The notes beneath the pieces were generated by a model. That model was not told the origin of the DNA, did not search any database, and was given only the letters and a program-made list of their open reading frames with translations. 64,000 bases of DNA, from contig JBPXJS010000011.1 of NCBI GenBank assembly GCA_051715425.1, positions 132,215 through 196,214 of the forward strand. The letters run 5' to 3'. This document shows positions 19,855 through 29,043 of this stretch, in pieces. This DNA comes from Bacteroidota bacterium (GTDB lineage: Bacteria; Bacteroidota; Bacteroidia; UKL13-3). How positions within the stretch are numbered: the first letter of the stretch is position 1; each line of letters opens with the position of its first letter. The translations under genes and the position numbers were made by a program.

Positions 19855-20955
19855 TTATTCCCTGATAAGTGCTGTGAAAATGTCATTAAGGCTTTTTCCA
19901 TTTCCTTGTCGTGCAGTTTGTAATGCTTTGTAGTATTCTATTCGTTCAATTTTTTCAAATGTAACGTCTTTGTCAAGCAAGTCTTTAAATTGAATTGAAG
20001 CTAAAACTCTTGCTATTCTTCCGTTGCCGTCTAAGAATGGATGTATTGTTAAAAACTTCTCGTGAAATGTTGCAATTGCAGTTATTTTATTGTCATCCGA
20101 ACCATAAGCTACCTTCATAAATTCATTTCTCCACCATTCTAATAATTCAAAAGTTAAAGAAGGAACGTCTGCTGGTGATACTGGAACAAAGTCTGCACTT
20201 TCCTTTTCTTGACCAGGACTACCAATCCAAACATCTAATTTTCTAAAGCCTAAGAGACTATGATATTCTTGCCCTTGGGTTTCCATTAAAATTGTCTTGT
20301 GAAGAACAAGGAGGTCTTCAATTGATAGTCTAGATGAAAATTTCACACCCGCAATAGGTAACGAGGATAATTTAGAATAACCAAAGTCACGCGAATAAAT
20401 TTGTCCTGCGAGCTTATTTGTTACCTTGTTTAATTCTGCAAGTGCATTTTTAATTTCATCGAAGTTTTGCTTTAAGTCGAGATGAGAACTTAAAAAAGAT
20501 ATTTGTTCTGCTTTATTTAGTTCAATACCTAAATATTCTAGTCTTACACCATAGCCTTTGGGGCTGTCAAGAATACCACAAACACTTTCTCCGTGTAGGA
20601 TTACTGTTTTGAATGTTCTATTTTGACAAAGAGTGATTCTTTCACCGGGCGTAATTTTTTGATTTGTAACAAAAACGAAACCTTGAGCATTATTTTTAGT
20701 CACGCCCAAAATGTCTCTTTCAAATTTTTCTTGAATGTCTTTAAACTCCTTTTGTCCATTTGGGAAATAACAGCCAACAACAAATTTTTCTCCTTCTTTA
20801 TAACAGATAATATCTTTTGTTCCATCAGGTCCACCCACAGGACTTTGAGGGTCAATTTCTTGGTAACCTTCAATTCCAATTACTTTAGCAGCCATTCTTT
20901 CCGCAAATGCCTGTCCTTTGTCCCAGTTGATTAATATTTGATATGTATTTGTCAT
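19855..20955 (-). CDS. Fic/DOC family protein
   Basis: Canonical Fic motif HPFLDGNGRIAR in the C-terminal half. ~200-aa N-terminal extension. Confidence 0.85.
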   Translation of the reverse strand: MTNTYQILINWDKGQAFAERMAAKVIGIEGYQEIDPQSPVGGPDGTKDIICYKEGEKFVVGCYFPNGQKEFKDIQEKFERDILGVTKNNAQGFVFVTNQKITPGERITLCQNRTFKTVILHGESVCGILDSPKGYGVRLEYLGIELNKAEQISFLSSHLDLKQNFDEIKNALAELNKVTNKLAGQIYSRDFGYSKLSSLPIAGVKFSSRLSIEDLLVLHKTILMETQGQEYHSLLGFRKLDVWIGSPGQEKESADFVPVSPADVPSLTFELLEWWRNEFMKVAYGSDDNKITAIATFHEKFLTIHPFLDGNGRIARVLASIQFKDLLDKDVTFEKIERIEYYKALQTARQGNGKSLNDIFTALIRE

Positions 20956-21208
20956 TAGTTACGGTGTCTCTTTAAAATGGCTTATAACTCATAAATATAC
21001 GCAATGCACAATTTAGTATTCGCACAAATTCAGTAAGTTATCTATTGCGCTTTTTTAATATTTATTTTCCTTCACAAACGTGTATAAACATTTATACCCG
21101 TTTATACCCATTTGAACACGTGTACACCTCCACGACCTTCCCTAACCTCCTCATCAAAATCAAAAGAGCGAAATACTCTATTTTCGTGGTATGGTATAGG
21201 AATTATAT

Positions 21209-21532
21209 TTATGTTATTCGCATTTTGTCTGTTAACTCTCGAATAGCGAAGTTAATGTTGTCCATATATTGTCTGTCATTGTTATCTATTGCCATTATCT
21301 GCAATCGCTGTAGGATACTGATTGCAATAAAATCAGGCTCTACGTACCATGTTGGATTTCCACCCAGACTCGGATAACCAATACCATCCTCTCCATTCCA
21401 ACGTGCACCTAAAGCTCCTGCACTTTCAAATTGTCCCCAAATGAAAGAATATTCTCCATCATCATACAGTATTCGTATGGGGTAGTTTTCATTTTGGAGC
21501 CACTTCTGTGGCCTCACGTTAATCGCTTTCAT
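21209..21532 (-). CDS. hypothetical protein
   Basis: 107-aa ORF immediately downstream of a short Pro-rich ORF. Confidence 0.45.
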   Translation of the reverse strand: MKAINVRPQKWLQNENYPIRILYDDGEYSFIWGQFESAGALGARWNGEDGIGYPSLGGNPTWYVEPDFIAISILQRLQIMAIDNNDRQYMDNINFAIRELTDKMRIT

Positions 21533-21548
21533 ATTTAGCTTATTTCTT

Positions 21549-21684
21549 TTTAGGTGATGGTGAAGGAACTATTGGCTTAGTAGGAGTTGTCTTTGGTGGA
21601 TTGTTTCCTCTACCTGGCCCCGAGGGTTGTCCTGGATTTTTGCTTGGAAAATTCGGGTTTGGAGATGGTGCTTTTTTGCTCATG
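21549..21684 (-). CDS. possible small Pro/Lys-rich peptide
   Basis: ATG at 21684 to TAA at ~21549. Reads MSKKAPSPNPNFPSKNPGQPSGPGRGNNPPKTTPTKPIVPSPSPKKK and ends 17 bp before the next start. Low-complexity sequence, so uncertain. Confidence 0.25.
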
Positions 21685-21799
21685 ATATTGTTTGTTTAAT
21701 TAGTTTTTGTTTGCAGCTTGAAGAATTTGCCTTCATTTCAAATGAGATTATAAGTTTTTAATTATTATGGATAAAAAGTTATTGCCTCCTCAATTATCT

Positions 21800-22100
21800 A
21801 CCTACCACAAACCTCCCCAACCTTCCCATCAAAATCAAGAGTGAAAACACTCTTTTTTCATAGGGAAAACATTCTTTTTTTTGGAAGTGCCTAACGGGTG
21901 TTTGGCGGCTGTAAGTATTGTATTTATTAGCAAATAGGGCAAAATGGAGGCAAATGGCCAATTTTTTTTCCGAAACCCCTGTTTTAGTTTGTGAAAGGGG
22001 AGAAAGGGTTTGCTAAGGTGAAAATTGGAAGAAAATTTGGTGGTGCTTTTAAGGAGATTTGGGAGCATAAAATGATCTGTTTATATGTCGGTATTTGAGG
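21800..22100. repeat. repeat A copy 1 (~300-bp 5'-of-gene module)
   Basis: acaaacctccccaacc(c/t)tcccatcaaaatcaagagtgaaaacactcttttttcataggg...ggcaaaatgg...gtgaaaggggaga... Contains hairpin aagagtg-aaaa-cactctt followed by a T-run. Other copies at 27680–27990 and 30735–30895 (truncated), plus a degenerate copy at 21120–21200. Confidence 0.85.
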
Positions 22101-22169
22101 TCAAAGCTTACGCGGATGATATGTCTTTAGGTACGACTTTAAACTATTTGGATAGTTGCAATGAGAGAA

Positions 22170-22272
22170 ACTTACAAGCACTGTACTTTATACGAAGCAC
22201 AAATGTTCATTTAATCACTGAACCGCCAATTTCTTGTAAGTTCAGTTAGCTGCTGTGGTTCTATCTCGTGTC
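22170..22272. repeat. repeat B copy
   Basis: ...tacgaagcacaaatgttcatttaatcactgaaccgcc...agctgctgtggttc. Directly 3' of the stop of gene 22276–23994. Confidence 0.8.
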
Positions 22273-22275
22273 ATT

Positions 22276-23994
22276 TTATGCGTCAATTTCTTCATCTGTT
22301 TCTATTGTTACTGGGTCAATTTGCAGTTGATGTTGTTCCCATTCAAGTTGTTTTTGCTTGTCGTTTGAGATAGCTTGTTCAATAGCTAAACTTTCTCTGT
22401 AATGTCGTGCCTCTGCCACCATTGTCCACTTTGCGTTAATGTTCATACTCTCTACTTCCGCTTTAATGTCTGCAAGTGTTACTTTGAAAAATTCTTTTCG
22501 CGGGTTTACTTTATTCATTTGTAGTCGCAGGAATTTCTTGTGTAATTCTCTTTCAAGTCCTGGAGCATTGTCGCTAAATATCATTGAATGGACATCAAAC
22601 TCAAATGGAACGCTCGCATCTCCTAATTCTTTCACTCTGTCAAGAGGTTCAAGTCGTCTTGTCATTCCGATTTTATAAACGTTTTCCCCGAAAGAACCAA
22701 TGTTAGAAATAATATAAACGTTTCCAGATTTTGTCTGTTGTGCCATTGATATTGCTCGTTGATTTTTGTCTTCCGCAATTTTTAATTTTCCTTCAAGTTC
22801 TCTTAATTTTTCTTCGTATTTAGATTTTTGGTCTTCGCTTGCTTGTGCTACTTCTTTTTGAACTTTTTCAATCAGTTTCTTTAAAGTTTCTTCTTCTTTT
22901 TGAGCTTCTTTTATTGCTCTTTCAAAATCTCTTCGGGCTTTTTCTTCTTCTCTGATTTGTTCTTTTATTCTTCTTTGTTCTTCTTGTTCTTCCCATTTTA
23001 ATTCTTGGGCAATAACAGCCCATTTCAATTCGTCTATTCTTGCGTTTAAATATTCTTGTGTTATGATTGCATTACGAAACGCTTTACCATTATTGTTTAC
23101 AACTTGGTAAGCATCTTTAATTTTTTGTTCTAATGTTCCGTAATTGTCTTTTTTTACTTTTGAAAGTATGGAGTCAACTTTACCATTAAATGCGTCAAGG
23201 ATAAAATTGATTGCAGTTTCTTTTCGATTTGCTTCTACATAATCACATTTGGCAGATGTCCCGTTTTTAATCATTAAACGAGTTTTTTCTCTTGAAAATT
23301 TTAATTTTTCTCCTGCTTCCGTATGTCTAAATTCTTCTGCTAAATCGTCAAGTAGACTGTAAGTTGGGATTAAGTATCTGTCGCCATAACCCTCAATAAT
23401 ATTCTTCATTGCCTTTGCAGTTTTTTCTAGTTCAGTTGCATTTTGCATTGCTTTGTATGCATCACCTGCAATTTCTTGTGCTTTCTTGTCTGCTCGTTCA
23501 ATAATTAGTTTAGCTTCTTTCGTAGCATTGTCTAATTGTGCAACTGCATTTTGTTTAAATGCAGTTGCATCAATATTTGCTTGTGTCTTAATTGTATTTG
23601 CTGAAATAGAAGCTTGGTCAAGTTCTTTCTGTGCTTGCAATTTTAGTTCATTGGCTTCTGAAGTTGCAGTGTCGAGTTGTTGTTTAGCGTTATCAATAAT
23701 TGAGTTTGCATTTTTTTCTGCATCTGAAAGAATTTCCTTTGCTTTCAGTTCTGTGTCAACAATACCTTGATATTTATTTAATGCTGCATTTTTTTGTTCA
23801 AGGTCTGAAACTTGCCCAATTAGAACAATACTATTTTGTTTTAGGTCTGTAAGTTGGTCGGATAAATTTTTTCTTTCCTTTTCATTAAAAGCCAAACTGT
23901 TTGTCAAGTCGTTAATAATAGTTTGTAGTTTCTTGCGGTTTGTAAGCCAAAGAATAGCTAAAATGATTATTACTATAATTAAAATTGCAGTCAT
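22276..23994 (-). CDS. DUF4041 domain protein with C-terminal T5orf172 (GIY-YIG-like) domain
   Basis: 572 aa. N-terminal TM helix, long coiled-coil, then GNVYIISNIGSFGENVYKIGMTRRLEPLDRVKELGDASVPFEFDVH, characteristic of T5orf172/MUG113. Confidence 0.75.
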   Translation of the reverse strand: MTAILIIVIIILAILWLTNRKKLQTIINDLTNSLAFNEKERKNLSDQLTDLKQNSIVLIGQVSDLEQKNAALNKYQGIVDTELKAKEILSDAEKNANSIIDNAKQQLDTATSEANELKLQAQKELDQASISANTIKTQANIDATAFKQNAVAQLDNATKEAKLIIERADKKAQEIAGDAYKAMQNATELEKTAKAMKNIIEGYGDRYLIPTYSLLDDLAEEFRHTEAGEKLKFSREKTRLMIKNGTSAKCDYVEANRKETAINFILDAFNGKVDSILSKVKKDNYGTLEQKIKDAYQVVNNNGKAFRNAIITQEYLNARIDELKWAVIAQELKWEEQEEQRRIKEQIREEEKARRDFERAIKEAQKEEETLKKLIEKVQKEVAQASEDQKSKYEEKLRELEGKLKIAEDKNQRAISMAQQTKSGNVYIISNIGSFGENVYKIGMTRRLEPLDRVKELGDASVPFEFDVHSMIFSDNAPGLERELHKKFLRLQMNKVNPRKEFFKVTLADIKAEVESMNINAKWTMVAEARHYRESLAIEQAISNDKQKQLEWEQHQLQIDPVTIETDEEIDA

Positions 23995-24029
23995 ATTCTG
24001 AGATGTTTCGTTATGTTTCCTGTTGAGTT

Positions 24030-24150
24030 TTGCAGTCTGCTACTATGCAACTTTTATTTTAATGAGGTGGTGATTTCGGAACGCCATACTTGATACGAAG
24101 TAAAATGCTCATTTAAACACTGCACTGGCTATTTCTTCTGTCTATAAGAT
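24030..24150. repeat. repeat B copy
   Basis: ggtgatttcggaacgccatacttgatacgaagtaaaatgctcatttaaacactgcactggc. Confidence 0.75.
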
Positions 24151-24163
24151 TTTGAGTTGTAAT

Positions 24164-25180
24164 TTACACTGTTAGGTTTATTTTGTGCCGTTTCCCGTTT
24201 AGTAAAAAGTCAATTTGTATTTTGTTGTGAAGTATAATTTCAAGATGTCCAAAGTCAAACTCTTTATGATGATTTGGACAAAGTAAAATTATGTTCTCAG
24301 GTGTTTCTCGTCCTTTTAAGTATTTGGCTTTTATGTGTGCAGCTTCAATATACTTGCTTCCGTTTTTTTTCATTATTGTAGTAGAACAAATTTGGCATTT
24401 AAAGTCCCGGAGAATTTTTATTTGTGTTATTGTTTTGTTGTCGCGTTTATATCTTTTGTGATTGACAATAATTTCTTCAGGGTCGTTGTCCTTTAGATTC
24501 TTTAGGTCTTTTAGAATGTCTGCCTTTGATTTATTCTTTTTGAAGTATATTTCAAGTTCGATTTGTTCCTTTTCGTCATTTGAAACAAAGGTCAATTGAA
24601 ACTTTTTACCTGTATAGTATTCATAAATAGATAAAAGTTTCTTAAAATCTATTTCGTTTGTTCCAACTTTCGATAATTCAGTTAATTCGTCAAAAAGTAT
24701 ATGTTCAGCGAATTTATCATCTTTATAGGTGAAACCAATTTGCCCAACCATTCTTTCACTTGAATTGTCTTTGTAATTGTTCGCGTCAAGTGGTAAAGGA
24801 AATAAAATTGAAAAATCCCTTTCGGCCTTGATGTTTGCCCAATAAGCATTCTTTTGAAATGCAGTCGGAAGTTTTCTTGCTTCATTAAACGTTTCCGCTT
24901 TGCCATATACTCCAACAATTTGTCCTTTGTTTTCGTCAGTGTTCCTTGTGTAAAATATTATGAGTCCGCCCTTTTCGAATTTCACTGGAGCATTTTTCCA
25001 TTTAACGAAACCGTTTATAAACTTTTCGGTGTCAACTGCTTTTTTGTTGAAGTTGAAATTTAATGATTCACCACCAACATTGTCTTGAGCGTATTTATGC
25101 CCTGCTTTAGGATTTATATAGCTGTTGTTTCTCCAACCAAATGGATTCCAAGTAATGTTTGCGATTATTATTTTACTCAT
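24164..25180 (-). CDS. HNH endonuclease with N-terminal PUA/EVE-like domain (putative modification-dependent restriction enzyme)
   Basis: C-terminal HNH (CQIC...AHIKAK...LLCPNHHKEFDFGH). N-terminal beta-barrel-like signature GGLIIFYTRN...GQIVGVYGKAE resembling EVE/PUA. Confidence 0.6.
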   Translation of the reverse strand: MSKIIIANITWNPFGWRNNSYINPKAGHKYAQDNVGGESLNFNFNKKAVDTEKFINGFVKWKNAPVKFEKGGLIIFYTRNTDENKGQIVGVYGKAETFNEARKLPTAFQKNAYWANIKAERDFSILFPLPLDANNYKDNSSERMVGQIGFTYKDDKFAEHILFDELTELSKVGTNEIDFKKLLSIYEYYTGKKFQLTFVSNDEKEQIELEIYFKKNKSKADILKDLKNLKDNDPEEIIVNHKRYKRDNKTITQIKILRDFKCQICSTTIMKKNGSKYIEAAHIKAKYLKGRETPENIILLCPNHHKEFDFGHLEIILHNKIQIDFLLNGKRHKINLTV

Positions 25181-25184
25181 TTCG

Positions 25185-26378
25185 TTAATTTTGTGTTGCT
25201 ACAATAGTTAATGTTGTTCGCTGGAGTTTTGCCAAATCGTTCATTGTTTGAGTAAATACTGTACGTGCATGTTCATAATTGTAGTTACACAACAAAAGAA
25301 TAACGGGACCTTTTCCTTGCCATATCTCAGAGTACTGTGAAACCTGTCCTTTTGCTCGTTGAATTGCTCCCGCACTTGAATCTCTTTTCATCTCTATCAA
25401 AATGGTGTCATTCACTACAATATCTGCTCGTCCTCTGCCTGCCTTATCAGCAATAGGGTACTCTAATTCAATTGATGCACCTGGCAAATGCTTTTTCAAA
25501 TGGCGGTATAACCTGTCTTGATACTCGTACTCGTAGTATGCTCCTTTGGGATGCCAATTTTGTAAAGCAATCACAAAGTCATTAAAGAGGTTTGAATTGC
25601 TTTTTGCAATAACAGCACTTACTTGTTCCTCTTGTTTTGCATTAATGACTAATTCACTTTCCACTTGAGTTTGGATAGTTGCAGCTTGGTTAGTGTATTT
25701 TGAATCCGCTTTATTTTTATAATCAAAAAGTTGTCGCAGTTCTGATTTGATTCGTATAAATATCTGTTGATCTCTTTTGTAGAGATAAAATAAGATTGCT
25801 ACACCAAACAGAATAGCAACCCAGTAGTAGTGGTTTGTAAATCTTTCGAACTCACGGAAAGATGAAAGTCGTATGTTGAACAAATTTTCAATCGGCTTGC
25901 GAACAAAAACAGATAAATTTTGAAACGCTTTCCAACTGATACCACCAACAAATAAAACTCGTCCAATTTTGTAGATGTTCTCATTTTGTCCGTTTTTCTT
26001 GGTTACTTCAATTTCATCTTTCATTATTTCGTAGTAAGTTAATAATCTAGATTTTGCTCTTTCCCAAGTCCAGTTGCCTTTGTCGTCACGCCATGAACCT
26101 ATAAAAGCAAGAACAATTACTAAGGTGAAAAGGAGAAAGATTAATGTTGAATAGTAGGTCAGTCGATCAGAGTCAACACCGAGTAGCTCGTCAAGAAGCG
26201 GTGCAATTATTAAAACCCATACGCTACCCCAAATAGAAAATTTTATACGTTTGCCATAAAGTTTACGATCTATGTTATCAACTGTATCAAATAGTTTAGT
26301 AACGGCAGTCTGAGTCTGCACTAAGGTTAAGTTTAAATAATCTTTAGCCCCTTTTTGTTGTTCGGTCATATTGTCCAT
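25185..26378 (-). CDS. membrane-anchored protein with C-terminal PD-(D/E)xK (Mrr-like) nuclease domain
   Basis: 397 aa with 3–4 TM helices in the N-terminal half. C-terminal ...RADIVVNDTILIEMKRD... (D...E-x-K). Ends 5 bp before the EVE–HNH gene. Confidence 0.5.
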   Translation of the reverse strand: MDNMTEQQKGAKDYLNLTLVQTQTAVTKLFDTVDNIDRKLYGKRIKFSIWGSVWVLIIAPLLDELLGVDSDRLTYYSTLIFLLFTLVIVLAFIGSWRDDKGNWTWERAKSRLLTYYEIMKDEIEVTKKNGQNENIYKIGRVLFVGGISWKAFQNLSVFVRKPIENLFNIRLSSFREFERFTNHYYWVAILFGVAILFYLYKRDQQIFIRIKSELRQLFDYKNKADSKYTNQAATIQTQVESELVINAKQEEQVSAVIAKSNSNLFNDFVIALQNWHPKGAYYEYEYQDRLYRHLKKHLPGASIELEYPIADKAGRGRADIVVNDTILIEMKRDSSAGAIQRAKGQVSQYSEIWQGKGPVILLLCNYNYEHARTVFTQTMNDLAKLQRTTLTIVATQN

Positions 26379-26552
26379 TTTAAAATTGTTTATTTGAGCT
26401 TGTTGTATGATGTAAGCACAGCAGTCAATGCTTTCATTATAGCTTGAGGTCTTTCAACACTGAAGTTTTGTTTATAATGGTTTGCCTGAAAGGCGCTGAC
26501 CCAGCTGTAGCGAATTACTTCCTTAAGATGGTTTACATTGCTCAGTCATTTG

Positions 26553-27581
26553 TCAGCCAGTTATTTTTTTTAACTCGTCCACCAATAGTTTACTTTCCAT
26601 TTTAGATAGATAAGGTGTCTTTAAGGTTCTTGCCCAAAAGAATCCGTGCTCCAATAATTCTGTCACTTTGTAGAATGGCAGATAGTTTGTAATTCCATTT
26701 TCTTTGCTTGGGGGTTTTGTAAGCCATTTAACACTAACAAAACCTTCGTCATCGTCTAAGTCCTCATTGTATTCTTCTTTAGTATTAGTGAGCACTTCAC
26801 CTGCAGCGATAATTCCATGATGTTTATGAGAAAGGAAAACAATGTCCCCCTTTTTTAAATAGTAAGCAAAGTATGCTTGTCCTCCATAGGCTGAAGCTCT
26901 TTTTTTATTAAGCATATCCCATACACAGTCTTCGTTGTAAGTTCTATTTGTATCTAGGATTACGCCTTTTTGTTGGTTTGGATTAATGTGTGTATCGTGA
27001 GGTTTCGCGAAGAATTCAAAGTATAATTCATTACCAAGACTATAAATCCTATAAGGAATGAACTCAACTGAAAGTCCTTTAGTTTTCCAATATGTCAAAG
27101 ATTTTGCTAACGTCTCGTTAGCGGCACTTCCAACAACATAAAGATGTTGGTTTCTGTTAAACTCTGCTGGAGTTAATGCCCTGTCAAGTTGGAAGTCCTC
27201 TTTGTGAGCATCCAAAAGCTCCTTTTCAGGATTTTGTTTTTTGAAATAGTAATTTAATTTGTCATAACCCCATTGCCCAGCGGTTTGTGTATAACGTAAA
27301 ATTTGAACCATAGCATCGTCACCAACTACACCACGCTTTAATTCAAAAATTACAAGGTCTCCCTTTTCTGTAACTGCATAGATGTCCGCTTCGCCTTGAA
27401 AACTTCTTTCTTGGTGGATTGGCATTAATGCGTTGTCTTCGAAAAGTTTATTCAATAAATTATTAGCAAGTAGATTTTCTAGATCCTTTTCGATTTTGCT
27501 TAACTGGGAAAAGTCGTAAAACGGCAGTGGCTCCAGCCCGTTAGGGGTATTGTTGTTTTCAAGTGATAATTTGTATAGCAT
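26553..27581 (-). CDS. PD-(D/E)xK nuclease fused to C-terminal EVE domain (putative type IV restriction endonuclease)
   Basis: N-terminal GEADIYAV...GDLVIFELKRG (D...ExK). C-terminal KKGDIVFLSHKHHGIIAAGEV matches the EVE GDLVFFYHS...GIVGIAEV core. Confidence 0.6.
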   Translation of the reverse strand: MLYKLSLENNNTPNGLEPLPFYDFSQLSKIEKDLENLLANNLLNKLFEDNALMPIHQERSFQGEADIYAVTEKGDLVIFELKRGVVGDDAMVQILRYTQTAGQWGYDKLNYYFKKQNPEKELLDAHKEDFQLDRALTPAEFNRNQHLYVVGSAANETLAKSLTYWKTKGLSVEFIPYRIYSLGNELYFEFFAKPHDTHINPNQQKGVILDTNRTYNEDCVWDMLNKKRASAYGGQAYFAYYLKKGDIVFLSHKHHGIIAAGEVLTNTKEEYNEDLDDDEGFVSVKWLTKPPSKENGITNYLPFYKVTELLEHGFFWARTLKTPYLSKMESKLLVDELKKITG

Positions 27582-27679
27582 AGTGTTTTTGTCTTTAAGT
27601 TGCTAAAAACTAGTTATATATTCTCCACATATACACCTTTCCTTTATCCGCCTGCATAGATTTACATCAGGATCCAGTT

Positions 27680-27990
27680 ACCTCCACAAACCTCCCCAAC
27701 CCTCCCATCAAAATCAAGAGTGAAAACACTCTTTTTTCATAGGGAAAACATTCTCTTTTTTGGAGTGCCTAACGGGCGTTTGGCGGCTGTAAGCCATGTA
27801 TTTATTAGCAAATAGGGCAAAATGGTGGTAAATGGCCAATTTTTTTTCTGAAACCCCGGTTTTAGTTTGTGAAAGGGGAGAATGGGTTTGTTAAGGTGAA
27901 AATTAGAGGAAAATATGGTGGTGCTTTTAAGGGATCAGGGAGCATAAAAGATCTGTTTATATGCCGGTATTAGTTGTCAGAGCTCAACGT
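27680..27990. repeat. repeat A copy 2
   Basis: About 88–90% identical to 21800–22100 by inspection. Immediately upstream (5') of gene 26553–27581. Confidence 0.85.
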
Positions 27991-28000
27991 TTCTGGGGTT

Positions 28001-28125
28001 TAATAAGTTGGCAATTTCGGAGACAAAAACTGTCTGCCAGTAATAGACTTGATACTAAGCACAAAGCTTCATTTAAGTACTGAGCCCGCTTTTTTGCCTA
28101 ACCCGTGTTAGCTGCTTGTGCTTCT
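28001..28125. repeat. repeat B copy
   Basis: ggcaatttcggagacaaaaactgtctgccag...ctaagcacaaagcttcatttaagtactgagcccgc...agctgcttgtgcttctgtc. Confidence 0.8.
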
Positions 28126-28131
28126 GTCACG

Positions 28132-29043
28132 TTAAAAGAATTGGAGGAATGTGGTACTAAACTTTACTGTTATCGTTCCACCGTATTCCACTTTATTAAA
28201 GTCATCTGTGCCTGCGGTTCTAATGCTCATAAAAGGGGTAACTCCAATCTTTCCATTGGGATTGTCTTTGACTAGTGGATAAAAAAACACCCAGCTTTCA
28301 AGTCGTAATCTATTCAAATTGTCAAACGGATTGTTAGTGCCTTTTTTGCCAGTGAAGTCATAATATACTGTTGGTGAATAACTAAAACTACCTTTTCCTG
28401 AATAGATTTGTAATGAGAAAGCAGGTGAGAATGTTGGTTTGACACTTGGTGCATCTATTGTCATGTTGATAGTAGTAACCACTCCGTTACTATTTGGAGG
28501 GTTCACAACTCCAACCTCATTTGCCGCTTTCCAATCGTATGAATACCTTAGTCTAAATTGAGGAGAAAATTGTTTAGCCTCATTCGCACCTTTTGTGAAG
28601 AAACCAATATATTTTAATTCGAATGCGTATGAACTCTCAGTATTTTTAAGTTCGTTTGTTTTTGAACCTGAGGGATAATATTTAAACTCACTTGAGCCAT
28701 ATTCAAATTGTGCTCCTATGGAATGTCTTGCAATTCCACCAGTCTCAGCAGTATTGTCTTTGGTGTATTGAATAGCAAGTATGCCCCGCCAAGTAGATGA
28801 AAACCTATCTAATTGTAAAACATTGTCGGACTTTGATGTCAATGGCATCCTTACTGTTGGTCTTAAAATAAATGTATTTCCTTTCTCAACCTTTTCCCAG
28901 TTGAGTTCGGGTCCAGCTTCAATTTGTCCATCTTTTATTGAAGTTGTTCCATTAATGAATGGAAGTATTTTGAATTTTGTGTCTTGAGCAAATCCAATTG
29001 TTGGCAGAAGCATTAAAATGCTATAAACTAATTTCAGTTTCAT
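28132..29043 (-). CDS. putative outer-membrane beta-barrel protein
   Basis: 303 aa. Signal peptide (…IGFAQ), alternating amphipathic beta-strand pattern, C-terminal aromatic residue (…LQFF). Confidence 0.55.
   Translation of the reverse strand: MKLKLVYSILMLLPTIGFAQDTKFKILPFINGTTSIKDGQIEAGPELNWEKVEKGNTFILRPTVRMPLTSKSDNVLQLDRFSSTWRGILAIQYTKDNTAETGGIARHSIGAQFEYGSSEFKYYPSGSKTNELKNTESSYAFELKYIGFFTKGANEAKQFSPQFRLRYSYDWKAANEVGVVNPPNSNGVVTTINMTIDAPSVKPTFSPAFSLQIYSGKGSFSYSPTVYYDFTGKKGTNNPFDNLNRLRLESWVFFYPLVKDNPNGKIGVTPFMSIRTAGTDDFNKVEYGGTITVKFSTTFLQFF

Noticed and set aside
21835-22068. 77-aa ORF inside repeat A copy 1
   Set aside because: The frame is not conserved across the other A copies (indels between copies), so this is non-coding repeat sequence.
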